Shown here one piece after another: positions 51,430 to 62,409 of a stretch of 64,000 nt of DNA (position 1 is the first letter of the stretch; each line of letters begins with the position of its first letter). The notes beneath the pieces are model-generated. The model saw nothing but the letters and a program-made list of their open reading frames with translations. It was not told the origin of the DNA and searched no databases. A program made the position numbers and the translations under genes. This DNA is from Takakia lepidozioides (Eukaryota > Plantae > Bryophyta). The stretch lies in the NCBI GenBank assembly GCA_030704615.1, contig CM060731.1:45632001-45696000 (forward strand), given 5' to 3'.

Positions 51430-52230
51430 GTCAGTGTCAGTTGCTAGCAGCAAGGCTGAGGATGTATTTATGATTTGTACACAGGCAGGGATATATAGCT
51501 GAAGGACCAGGGATAGAGGTCCAGATTTATCCAAGAGGGCCAGATTTCAAACATAAGATTACTTCTGATTCCCTGTGGATCAATAGCTACAAGTGGACAG
51601 ATGGTCAACTGGAAACAACAGCGGCAGCAGCACAATTGATAGAACAAGACATTGCTGATGAAGGTACATTCTTCAACACATTTCACCTATGATTCCATAT
51701 AAAACCAGGCACTGTTAATCAAGACACCTTCTTCAACACAATTCACCTTGTTTTCCCCTCTAATCATAAATCGGTTCTAAATTTTCATGTTCAATTCTGC
51801 AAGTTAGCTGGTTGAGTGAACCTTTGATAGTTTGGAGTGACTTTGACATGGTACTGCCAATGTGACAACAGGAAAGTGTCCAGAAACAGGTAACAGAGAC
51901 GAGGAGAAGCTGTGGAATGAATACTTTCTGACTCCAGTCGATGGTGGGACAATCGAGGCAAAAAGGTGAATGCCTGCTGGATTACATAAAGTAGCAGATG
52001 CCATTGAGCATATGAACTAGTGTGATAAGTTGAGTTGGGTGTTTCCTAGAACAAATCTAGGCTGTCATTGTCAGCTGCTAGCAGCAAAGCAAGGATGTAT
52101 GCATGATTTATGTAGAAGCATGGATAGCTGAAGGAGCAGGGATAGAGTGTGGGTCCAGATTCATCCAAGAAGGTTGGATTTCAAGCTCCAGAGTACCTAT
52201 GATTCCCTGTGGAAGGATAGCTACAAGAAA
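51430..52230. repeat. Diverged ~170-bp direct duplication (51430-51595 / 52065-52228)
   Basis: Shared gctagcagcaa...tagctgaagga...gggataga...tccagatt...atccaaga...gattccctgtgga...tagctacaag. Confidence 0.7.
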
Positions 52231-52749
52231 CCTGCGTAGATGGCAATTTCTTGTTGCGGTAGTGCTTAGCAACATCGTGCTTGAAGATGAAGTATATTTT
52301 GGGAATATATATAGGCAGACTGGTTCAAACACCATGTCAGTGTCTGATGTATTAACATCCAATATTGTTCGAAGGTGCAATGTCCTCTGAGGTTGTGTTG
52401 TGGTGTTTCTATGGATGACATGTTTGATTGTAGTTGTGTTTTTCATATTGTATCATGTTGTTGCTTCTGCCAGTCTATGCAACAGGATTGGTGGTAGAAT
52501 CTTTCTTTGCCACTCTTTGCAACTGCCAACAGGGTTGGGGATCGATTCATTGGTCATTGAAAAATTAATGCATGCTCTCTTTCCCTGCATAGGGGTTGTG
52601 TCTTGGCCTTTCCTCTTTGCCAATTGTTGTGCTTATGAGAGCTCCACAAAGTTAGATTTCATATTAATTTAATTTAATTTAATATCTAAATTAGTCATTT
52701 AAAATTAAATAATATTTAATAAATTGTAAAATCTACATGATCAACACGT

Positions 52750-53180
52750 GTCAGTCACACCTGCTCCAACGAGACCACGTGCCATCTGTAGTGTTGTAGT
52801 GATATAGTCATACCCATAGTCGTGTAGTCATAAAGATATGATTACTCCACTACACCATCAGGTGATGATTACATATGTCGATGCCCAAGGATCCCACGTG
52901 TCACGCAGAGACCTCTCCATATAGGTGCAATGTTGTAGTGATGTAGTCGTAACCTCAGTCATAACTTTTAGTCGTGTAGTCATATTTGTTATGACTACAT
53001 CACCAAACCCTGCATCGCTATCCCATGCCACGTCCTCAGTGACGACCATGACTTTGCACTTATCACTCCATAGTCATGGTAGAACTGACTTCGTGTTTGT
53101 CACTGCAGAGTGAGGTAGTCATAACAACACTTATCACTGCAAATACAGTGATATCCATAGTCATAAAAACGTTAATCTGT
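52750..53180. repeat. GTAGTCAT/ATGACTAC-rich MITE-like repeat
   Basis: Multiple tagtcat/atgact motifs in both orientations. Confidence 0.35.
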
Positions 53181-53189
53181 ACTAGTGCT

Positions 53190-54385
53190 GACGTCCCTCT
53201 TTGAGGACCAACTATTGGAATTATTTGGTCCAAAGGTAGAAAATCCTGACCGCCCCAAATGTCTTTGATTTGGGCTATGTTTAATTTATCTAGGCAGAGA
53301 ATTTTGCAGCAGAGGCTCTGTCTGCAACGGAAAGGTTGTTGCAATTGAGGGTAAGGGATTGGCGTATGGTTTCCTCATATGATTTTGGGTCCTCTTTAAC
53401 CAACCTGGGCCGAATGGTTCTCCAAACATCCCATATAGCTCTCCATAATGGGGAACCATTAGATTTGTGTCTAAAATCCATCGGAGAGATGGGCTCCATG
53501 TTTTGGTTTTGAGGGGGGAACTTTTGAGAATGTGCTGATAAACTAGATGCTTCCACCATCCACCTTCAGGCCCTAATAGCCTTACTACCCATTTACCCAA
53601 GAGTGCCGATATTTGAGTTCCTGGAACAATGATCCCCAAGCCACCTTTCTTTTTTGGAAGGCAAATATGGGCCCAAGAGACAGCTGGTCTAGGGCTTCTG
53701 GCATCTGAATCTGCGCCCCATATGAAGTTACGGATGGTTTTTTGGATCTATTTGATCTGTGGAGCTGAGGGGCTCCAAACCGAAGCAAAGTACCATATGC
53801 TGGCTAGAAGAATCTGGTTGGCTACAAGAGCCCTTCCAGTAATTGAAAGATGACGGGAACCCAGTAAACTAGCTTCTTTTTTAGCTTGACTATGACATGG
53901 CCCAACCTCTGGTCGTCCGAAAGGTTAATCCCAAATGGGTGCCCAAGCAGGGTAGTAACATCCCCTTGTTGCAGCCATTTGAGACCCAGATTCCCTCCCC
54001 AATTAGAGCTGAACCCAGCAGGAATGGTGGCTGTGTCTCCAGTAAGGATGGCAACTGTTTTTGCCCAATTAACTTTAAACCCAGAGGACAAAAGGTAGCC
54101 AGAGATTCAGTTGCCTCCTGCAAGTTGGCATCCGTGGCCTGAAGGTATAAAACCGTGTCGTCTACTTGTAAACATTGAGTCTTTGATTTGGAGGTCATTG
54201 TTGGCTTGGGTTTTGATTTGGAGCCCAGTTATATTTGGGTTGTTGTCCAAGAGATATCCTAGAGAGTCCGCCACTATGAGGAAGAGGAATGGGGCTAGTG
54301 GGCATCCTTTACGAACTGATCTTTGGAGGTCAAAATTTTTAGAGATGAATCCATTCACTGAAACCCTACTGGATGCGTTGAGAAG
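53190..54385 (-). mobile_element. LINE ORF2 RT and downstream region, decayed
   Basis: SVRKGCPLAPFLF, QVDDTVLYL, SGFKVNWAKT, GGLGII-like and KWVVRLL motifs; frameshifted. Confidence 0.9.
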
Positions 54386-54399
54386 GAGTACACACAAAA

Positions 54400-55445
54400 A
54401 TGGAGGCCGAGCTCTCAGTTGAGCAATGGATACTGATGGGTGACCTCAACATGGTTGAGAGTGTAAAAGACAGGCTGGTGCCCAGGGTCTGGGTGATGGT
54501 GAGGCCACATCATGGCACCGAATTAGAAACAACTTCTCACTGTCTGAACCGTCCAAAGCCAGAGCTGCCGGCAGCCATCCGTGTTTTATGTGGACAAACA
54601 ACAGAGCAGGTGCTGATATCTATATGGCAAGGCTAGACATGCTTTACCTCTCGCCAAGGCTATCCCCCTTGGCAGAAATGATTCCTCAACAGCCTATTCT
54701 CCAAGAGTTTGACCATGCATGCATTTCTTGTTAAATCAATCTCCCAAACCTCCCAAAAAGAGGCAAATGATGGTTCAGACCTAATACATCCCTGCTGCCA
54801 CATCCAGCCTTTAAACTAGCACTTGAATCCGCATGGCCTCCACAGCCAATGAAGTACTCTGCCCTATTGAGCGGTTTCAAGCCAAACTCAAACAAACAAC
54901 CATCGCTGCTCAAACCCTCAGTTCCCAAATAGCCATCTAGAGACAGCGCAAAGTACTTGCAAGCTCTCAAGAAATGTCTCGGAACATGCCAAAGGCTCCT
55001 AGAACTTGAGAAACTAGATACATTATCGCTGCAAACATATCATGAAGCCAGGTGGAACCTTGAAGCCTTCGACTCTATAAGGGAGCAAAAGTATAAATTG
55101 CAGGCATGTATCAACTGGGCTTCAAAGGGGGAAAAAATGTCGAAATATTTCTTCGAGAAAGTTCAAGTTCGTAGAACCACCTAGATTATCTCAGAGCTGC
55201 AAGACCCATTGGGCCACTCTTCCTCAGATCCCAAACAAATGGTTTCAACGGCGCACTCACACTTTGCAGGGCTCTTCAAACAAAGACTAGACTCGCAAAG
55301 CATTACTGTGGCCAGGGAAATATGCATGCGCAGTCATCAAACCAAGCTCACCCAATCAGGCGCAGCCTCTCTGGATGGAGAATTCACTGAAACTGAGCTC
55401 TCGAAAGCCTTGAAGCTTATGTCCAAACGAAAATCTCTGGGCATA
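54400..55445 (+). mobile_element. LINE ORF2 endonuclease and linker region, decayed, opposite orientation
   Basis: WILMGDLN, ARLDMLYLS, KGEKMSKYFF, ...MSKRKSLG, cut by the LTR insertion. Confidence 0.85.
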
Positions 55446-56354
55446 TGTCGAGCGGCTTTTATTCACCCATCCCTTCGCTATCCGAGGTAGGAACTCCAAG
55501 ATAGAAGAGTTGGAAATCTCTAAGCACTCAGCCCGCTCAGAACAATCAGTCATGACCTACAGCTAGTGTATCATGGGGGTGTTTCCTATTTGTACTCCTT
55601 CCCGCATTCATGTTAGCGAGTTACCTTACTGTCTGCAATTAAGTATCAGTTTGCTTCAGAAATCTATCAAGTTCCATCCATTCATTCCACAGCTTCACTC
55701 AGGTCTCTCTACACAGTGTGAGTATGAAGTATGTATCAGATTAATATCTATCAAGTATCAGGCTGAAGCCATGGTGTCTCTAATCTACTCTACATCACAA
55801 TTCTACAGCTTGCATTCATCAAGTAACAACAGATCGTCACTTTTCCTACCCCGTGCTCTTCATCTTTTCCCTCAGAGATGTGCTCTCCCCTCTATTTCCA
55901 AGCCGTGATGCCAGAAGTCCCCCACCAAGAAGTGTTTTCTAGACGTCCCCGCTCTTCGCTTTATCTCCCTACAAGCTGTTCTAACTACTTTCCTAACTAA
56001 CCGTCATCCCTGTAGTACACGTTCCTTTTTCAGATGTCGTTCCCTGCCAATGATAACTATCCCCCAGCTGTGCCGAGCTGTGACTGGCTGTATCAGGCTG
56101 TGGCGGGCTGTGACTGGCTGTGTCGGGCTGTGTAGGGCTGTGCGAAGCTGTGGCGGCTGTGTCGGGCTGTGACTGGCTGTGCGAAGCTGTGACGGCTGTG
56201 TCGGGCTGTGATGGACTGTGTCGGGCTGTGTATCTCCCCCCCTAAAGTCTGTTGCTGTCACCTCTAAGGCTCCTGTTGGTCTCAGTCTGTGTAAAAATTA
56301 AGGGTACCCCACAGATCCCGTAAAAGCGTCCAAGTCCCAAGCAGCCCTCTAACA
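55446..56354 (-). mobile_element. 3' LTR (~909 bp) of an LTR retrotransposon
   Basis: Minus strand starts TGTT at 56354 right after a PPT (GAGAGGGGGAGGGG, 56372-56359) and ends CGACA at 55446; internal GGCTGTG minisatellite at 56066-56230. Confidence 0.75.
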
Positions 56355-56393
56355 TTTACCCCTCCCCCTCTCAAAAAGCCGTGTCCTCACGGT

Positions 56394-57683
56394 TTACTGT
56401 TTGGGATTAGCAAACCTTTGTGAGCGAGCACCCTTCTGACGTTGAGAGTCTCGTGAAGGACTCCGTGTGCGAGCCCGTGTCCTGTCACTGGTTGAGGGAG
56501 ATGATTGAGCACTACCTGGAAATGTCAGTCCCTCCTTTGGCTGATATCGAGGTAATCGCTCAGGCATAGGAGACCCTCGTCGCTTCTTCTCCACCATCTG
56601 AATTGCATAGTCCTCTACCATGTCAAAAGAGCCCGCTGAAGAACCTGTAGTATCAGAATCGTCTTCCCCCCTGAGGTGTTTTAACGGTCGAACTCTAACT
56701 GGAATCCTCTGGGGCATACAATGTGGTCCCACCATGTCTGGAAGTTTAATCTGTAAAACTTGTTGTAAGCGCTGAATTGCAAAATTGGTGAAGACCCTGA
56801 ACTCCTTGTCTGTACAGGTGAGTGGTGTGCCAATGACTTGTGAATTGTGCAAGTATTTTCATGCCTCATGTCCCTTAAAGAAAATATCATCAGGGCCGAA
56901 TTTATGTGTTAACAAATTGTTCCAGGCCGCATGAAACCATGAACGAATTTGAGAATCCTTTTGCATCATAACTTTTGCCTCATATAGGTACATATGAGGT
57001 GGTACTGCAGGTAAGATCCAATGATCCCCAGTGGAATAACTCAGAAAGCGCGATTGCATCTTCTGCTGCTCAATGTGATAACGTGCCAGAAAACGAGCAG
57101 CGTAATATAACCCGCAGCCCATGACAATACTTGCTACCTCCTTGGTCTTGGTATAAATGAATCCATGTACAACTTGGAAGGCAATTAATTCCTTCAACAT
57201 GGTACTTGCCTCATGTCAGTACCTCGCAAAGTGATGATCCTCAATTGGTCGATTATTCGGAAGAACCTTAGTCCTAGTTGCCACTGGCAGCCAAATGCGC
57301 ATGATCTGGTAGTAATGTGCCAACGACTGCGGAGGACTAAATTCCTTCCAAGCCAAATCCAACACAATGGGAATTTGGGTGAAGGGCATAATCATAGCCC
57401 GACTGTACTCCCGTGCAGCAGGAGTTTTAGGTGGGTTAAAAGCAGCATCCCCCCATGCCTCAGGCTGTGGCGGCTGTGGTGTGGCTGTAGTAACAACATG
57501 GTCAGCTAGTGTCACAGTCACTTGTTGTGGTATTGGTAGCACTGGCTCTTGTACCACTGACATCTCTTGCACCCCCTGCGAAGAAGACTGAAAAGCTAAA
57601 GTTCTGGCTTGTAAATATAAAGCCATCAGCTGCTCCTCAAGTACAAAGACTCTCTTGTCAATATTTGATGTCAGGTCCTCCAC
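56394..57683 (-). pseudogene. Extra 3' ORF of the LTR retrotransposon (one ~430-codon frame with two premature TGA stops)
   Basis: Track ORFs 57216-57683, 56859-57200 and 56394-56852 share one frame and end just before the PPT. Confidence 0.65.
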
Positions 57684-57736
57684 CTGAGTCTGCAGGCCGT
57701 CTACATCCTCATGTAGCTCCGTTATCCTACTATAGA

Positions 57737-57890
57737 CAGGGGGGTGCTATTTCGTGAGCCTGGAGGCGTGAGCCTGTGAGCCCAGGAAAGCGTGAGCCCA
57801 GCACAGGCTCACGCCACGTCAGCATGCAAACAGTGCCTATTTCCGCGGATGTCACCTATTTCCGAGTGGTGTCACCTATTTCCGCGGGTT
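57737..57890. mobile_element. Putative DNA-transposon terminus with subterminal repeats
   Basis: Abrupt switch from retroelement sequence to CAGGGGGGTGCTATTTC, then GTGAGCC x4 and CCTATTTCCG x3. The partner end is not in the window. Confidence 0.5.
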
Positions 57891-58141
57891 GATGTGGGGA
57901 GAATTGAGAATTGAGAACAAAGTGGTTTGTTTGTTTTTGCAATGTACTCAAGTCTGTGAGGTCCACAAAACAACAAATATATTGAAGGAACAATCCGGGC
58001 AGTCCATGCAACCCCCATCTCCAACAATAGTTTGGAACCATGAATGTGAATTCCACGCACACATTGCAAAGAGGACAATAAGGACACACAACCATCCCAT
58101 TTCAAATTTGTCCCAGAATTAAACCAAAAGAATACTTCATA

Positions 58142-61100
58142 TCAAGTGTCGCAGTCATCACAATCAGTGTCCACCTCCTGTGCTATGTCATCTACAAAGA
58201 TTCTGGCCCCAACACCACGTGTTCTACGAAGGCCATCGCAAGGTGGACTCTGAGTGCCATGAACGGACATGCTTGCTGCGAGTGCCTCCGCATAGACAGG
58301 TAGCACACAAGACCGAGGAGGACTGAAAACAAGTCCAAATAGGTGTGATAGCCCAGGAGGGCAAGTGGAAGCACGCGGACTCCTACACATGTCCACAAAA
58401 TCCCATTTTTAACACAATGATGCAATGCACAAGTCCAACGAAGAGGATGTCTCCCATGTGCACTTTGCCTCAAGAACAGCGATTCTCGATATTGAAACAA
58501 CAATGCAAGCATGCACAGGTTGAACTTACTCACAGGCAAAGTCGGAGTCCAGCTCCTTGTCAGAAGTCTCCTCTGTACCAGTATCAGCGGGACGGGGCTT
58601 CGGAAGGACCTGAGAAGTGTGTCCACCCAACCCATCAGGAGGTTCTTGTAAATCTCAGCATCCCCTTCAATCCCAAAGACATGTCGCGCACTGGCCTTGC
58701 AAGCGTGGTACGAAGCACCTGCAATGGAATAGAATGAAGTAAGCAGACATTGAAGACACATTCGGAACGGTGGAAAGTGCTGAAAGTGCAAGCTCAATCA
58801 AACCTCATGAAATGTGAATGTTGAAGAGACGAACCTGTGCCCATCGACAAATCCAGAACTCTGGCGTCTGTGTAGGTGCAGCACTCCACAATCGTTTGAA
58901 TGAAAGCCGGGCTCCTCTCCCTCGCCCCTCTCCAAGGAACCCCATTCCCCCTTCGCAAGCACAAGTTGCTGCCGACGTAGTTGTGATGCATGTCATCCGT
59001 GGGAGGATCTGTCCTGTCATCTATGAACTTGCCCCCGTGAGTGATGGCAAACTCCGTAATGCCGGCCGGAGTTGTTGGTGGATGCACCCGGACGAGACAA
59101 ACAGCTTCAAACAGACGAGTCTGCGAACATGACATCCACAAGGAACTAAGAACCAAAATAAAATCGGGCCCCTACATATGAGTTCGAGCGACCTATACAA
59201 CACAATCCCAGAACAAAAAAGAAGAGGAAGAAGAAGGGAAACTCACCATCTCTCCCGGACGATCCCCCTTCGTAAGGTACATGCTGTTCACACAATTCCA
59301 TGTCTTCACGACTCTCATGCCCGAGGCTTTCAAATAGCTGGCAAGGGCACGGCGACACCGAACATCGATGGACTGGATGAGAACCAAAACACCTGCATCG
59401 GAAAGGAAGAAGTTGCAAAAGGAAAAAACCCACCGCCAGTAGCGCTCATCAAATGCATTCCAACCCGGACAAGCACCCGATGGAGGGATATCCGGGACTG
59501 CCAACCCATCAGGGATGTCCAAGATGATGAGTTCCGCTGCATATGGCTTCTCCTTCCCGTTCACCCACGATTTGGTCATTTTAGCCTGCAAACAAAAATA
59601 CAATGGAATTCTGACAAGTTTATAAACGATCCATGCCCACAGCAGACAAAGAGAGCAGAAGCCACAGAACCCAAAGAGAACACGCACCGTGCTGAGGAAC
59701 TCGACAATCCTCTCCCACACTGGTGATGGCTCGCCCTTGTAATCAGATTTCTTCGACTCCATCATGGCAAGGAACCCGACGTTGGCAATCTCCAACCTGG
59801 TTGGACGAATGACCCTCGTGGGATGTTCCACTGCATGGTACGGGTCCTTGGGATCAACCACCCCCTTGTTTTTTCTCCCGGATCCCCTACCATGCGGTGG
59901 AGTCTGCTGGACATGCTCCACAGGGCCAATAGCTGCAACACTTCCCTGCCCTTGTGCCACCTTCCCTCTACCCCTTCCCTTCCCCACAACACCAGCAACA
60001 TCTTTTCCCTTTGCCTTTCTTCCTCTACCCGGGGTATCCTGAGCGGGAGGCTCCTTCTCTGCAAGAGTCCTCAGATTACGCTCATGAATGTCGAGGTCCG
60101 CTGATGCGGCAGTGGCTGCAATACGGTCATTCTCTCTCCTCAAAGACAACTCTACAGCTGGGGTCTCTGAAGGAGGGCAATCCAAATACCAACCACAAGA
60201 AGAAAGATGGTCTGGGCCCCAGTCATGCAAGATCCCAGCAGTGAACATGGTCTGGTTGCCAGCAGGGACAAGCCAAAGGTCCACGAAATCTGGATGTTTG
60301 TCCAAGCAATTCTCTTCCAAGAGAACAAACCTAATGTACCTGCAGGAACAGACACAGCCTCATTTTCCAGTGCACATATTGTGTCCCAGCTTTTTCAACA
60401 CACCAGGAAGACCCCCTTAAACAATATGCCACACAACACATTGCAACCACAACACAAGTAAAGAGTGCAAGGGTGTGCACCTGTAAAGGCATCGTTTCCA
60501 GGCTTCCTCTCCTTTTTCCTGCTGGTCAAGCTCATTTGTTCGACTGATGCCACCCTCCTTGCTGAACTCTCTAAAGAAACCAGAGTGCCACACTGTGGCT
60601 CTCCATTTCCTCATGTAAGCTTCGAAGGAGACCTTCGGAGCTGTCATAGTGATGCCATAGTCAGCCAGCTGAGTATGCAGAACCGATCGGGCCCTTTCTT
60701 CCAACTGCAAAACAATTGAAATGGAAGAATGAACCCAAAAACAGTCACAGCGAATGTAAGAGGCAATGGGAAGAGAAGGACAGGAAAAGAGAAAAGAAAG
60801 TGAGATACGAGAGGACATCACACCTGGCTCCAGTAAGTGGCCTTGTGAAGCCAGGTGTCCAGCACATTGTCACTGACAGGAACGACACGCTGGGTCTTCT
60901 TCTCTTTCTCTGGCCTTGGGAACATGTGGGTATCCCTAACTGTGGGATCGGAGTTCCATATCTGTAGCCACTTCACCTTCTCTTCAGAAGACACGACGGC
61001 GGTAGACAACCTGTGCAACTTCTCATGGGCCATCTCCGGCTTGCCTGGCTTATTATAATGGTTTTTTATCTCCAGGAGAAACTGCGGCCCGAATGATGGG

Positions 61101-62254
61101 TCGGCCATTCTCAACTGCTTCACAAAAGCACTCATTATTGTCCTTCTTGTAGCGTTCATCTCCTTCTGGATGTGACTTTCAACCCCCTTTGCTGTCCTTC
61201 TCTCCTCAGGGGTAGAGCTATAGTATTCCAATTTGCCACGCTCCCCTGCATCTGCAATGTCTTGCTGCAAGGGAATGCAAGAGAGTTGCATCAATCCAAG
61301 GTCAAGGGAGACAGACAGAAACAAACATGTGGAAGCAGGAATATGGAAAGGCCAGATGAAGGAAGATGTATCTCACCGTGTACATGTACTCCATGAAAGC
61401 CTCACGGGTCAACGAGTACCATGTTTCCGAAGTCTTGGAGCTTTCGCATTTCTTATACATCTCTGCCGAAAGGATGGTCTTGAAGTTGGTCAAGGGCATC
61501 TGCCCGATCCTTTGTATCCTATACAGTGTGTGAACCAGACTCGTTTTGACATGCGATGTCTCTGTCCCTCTGCAGAATGATATCTGAATTTCAGAATGTA
61601 ATTCAAGGACTTGAATCAAGGAAGAACGGAACCAGAAGTGCAACATGTACAATGAGAAACCAACCTGTTCACATCATTCATTGCCGTCAGAAGACCCATC
61701 ATGTTGTCGTCACAATCAAGCACCATCGATCGAACAGAGTAATGCCACTCTTCCTCCTGTGAGTGCAGCCTCCCAATGATAGCCATCCATGCAAGCAACC
61801 GGTGGTTGCCATCCCAAACGTGAAACATCTTCCCCGAGAATACCTGGGTGGAAGGTTTCCTGGAGAGAAGAAGTTCGAAGGATTCGTTCACCTGTCTCCA
61901 AATGGGGTCCCAGGAGTCGACGATTGACTCATCCACAAGGAGCTCGTTACCTCTAGAATCCCTAGTAGAAACGTAAAAGACTGCGGATCCATCCAAATAC
62001 CCATGAACAAACTCGGCCTCCAGCTTGAGAATGTCTTTGACAAGAGGTGGACGAACGACGGGCATGGAAACCAACCTACACAGGGGAATCTTCAACCTCC
62101 CACCAGGAGCAAGCATACTTTGAACCACAAGCTGAGAGTTCACCTTTTGACCCCCCAGCATCTCAGTGGCTTTGCTTTCATAAAACTCATCGTCAACATC
62201 AACTATGGTCTCCTTCCCCTGACCCTGAGGGACCTCATCCGCCACACTTTGCAT
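58142..62254 (-). CDS. ParB/Srx-like domain + beta-class N4C/N6A DNA methyltransferase fusion, 9 exons, ~1000 aa
   Basis: Phase-consistent GT-AG exons 62254-61665, 61569-61377, 61264-60824, 60704-60481, 60339-59688, 59585-59247, 59120-58835, 58718-58534, 58275-(58192 or 58142). ParB-type VWDGNHRLLAW; MTase motif IV-like ELIILDIPDG precedes RERSPAFIQTIVECCT and motif I RVLDLSMGTG|ASYHACKASARHVFGIE. Confidence 0.82.
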
Positions 62255-62409
62255 TTTCGCCTGCAAGGTTGTTCACTCAAATTCTTATAAGAGAGGAATG
62301 AAACGTCGACTGATGCATGAAAAGTGGGATCAAACAGGTAAGTGTTCTTTGAGCTGCCAGGTAAGTGTTCATTGATCCTCATGGACCTGCCCTATGTTCC
62401 CGATTTTCA

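Noticed and set aside
58142-62254. Bacterial or phage contamination as the source of the ParB-MTase
   Set aside because: The gene has eight phase-consistent GT-AG introns and is nested among plant retroelements.
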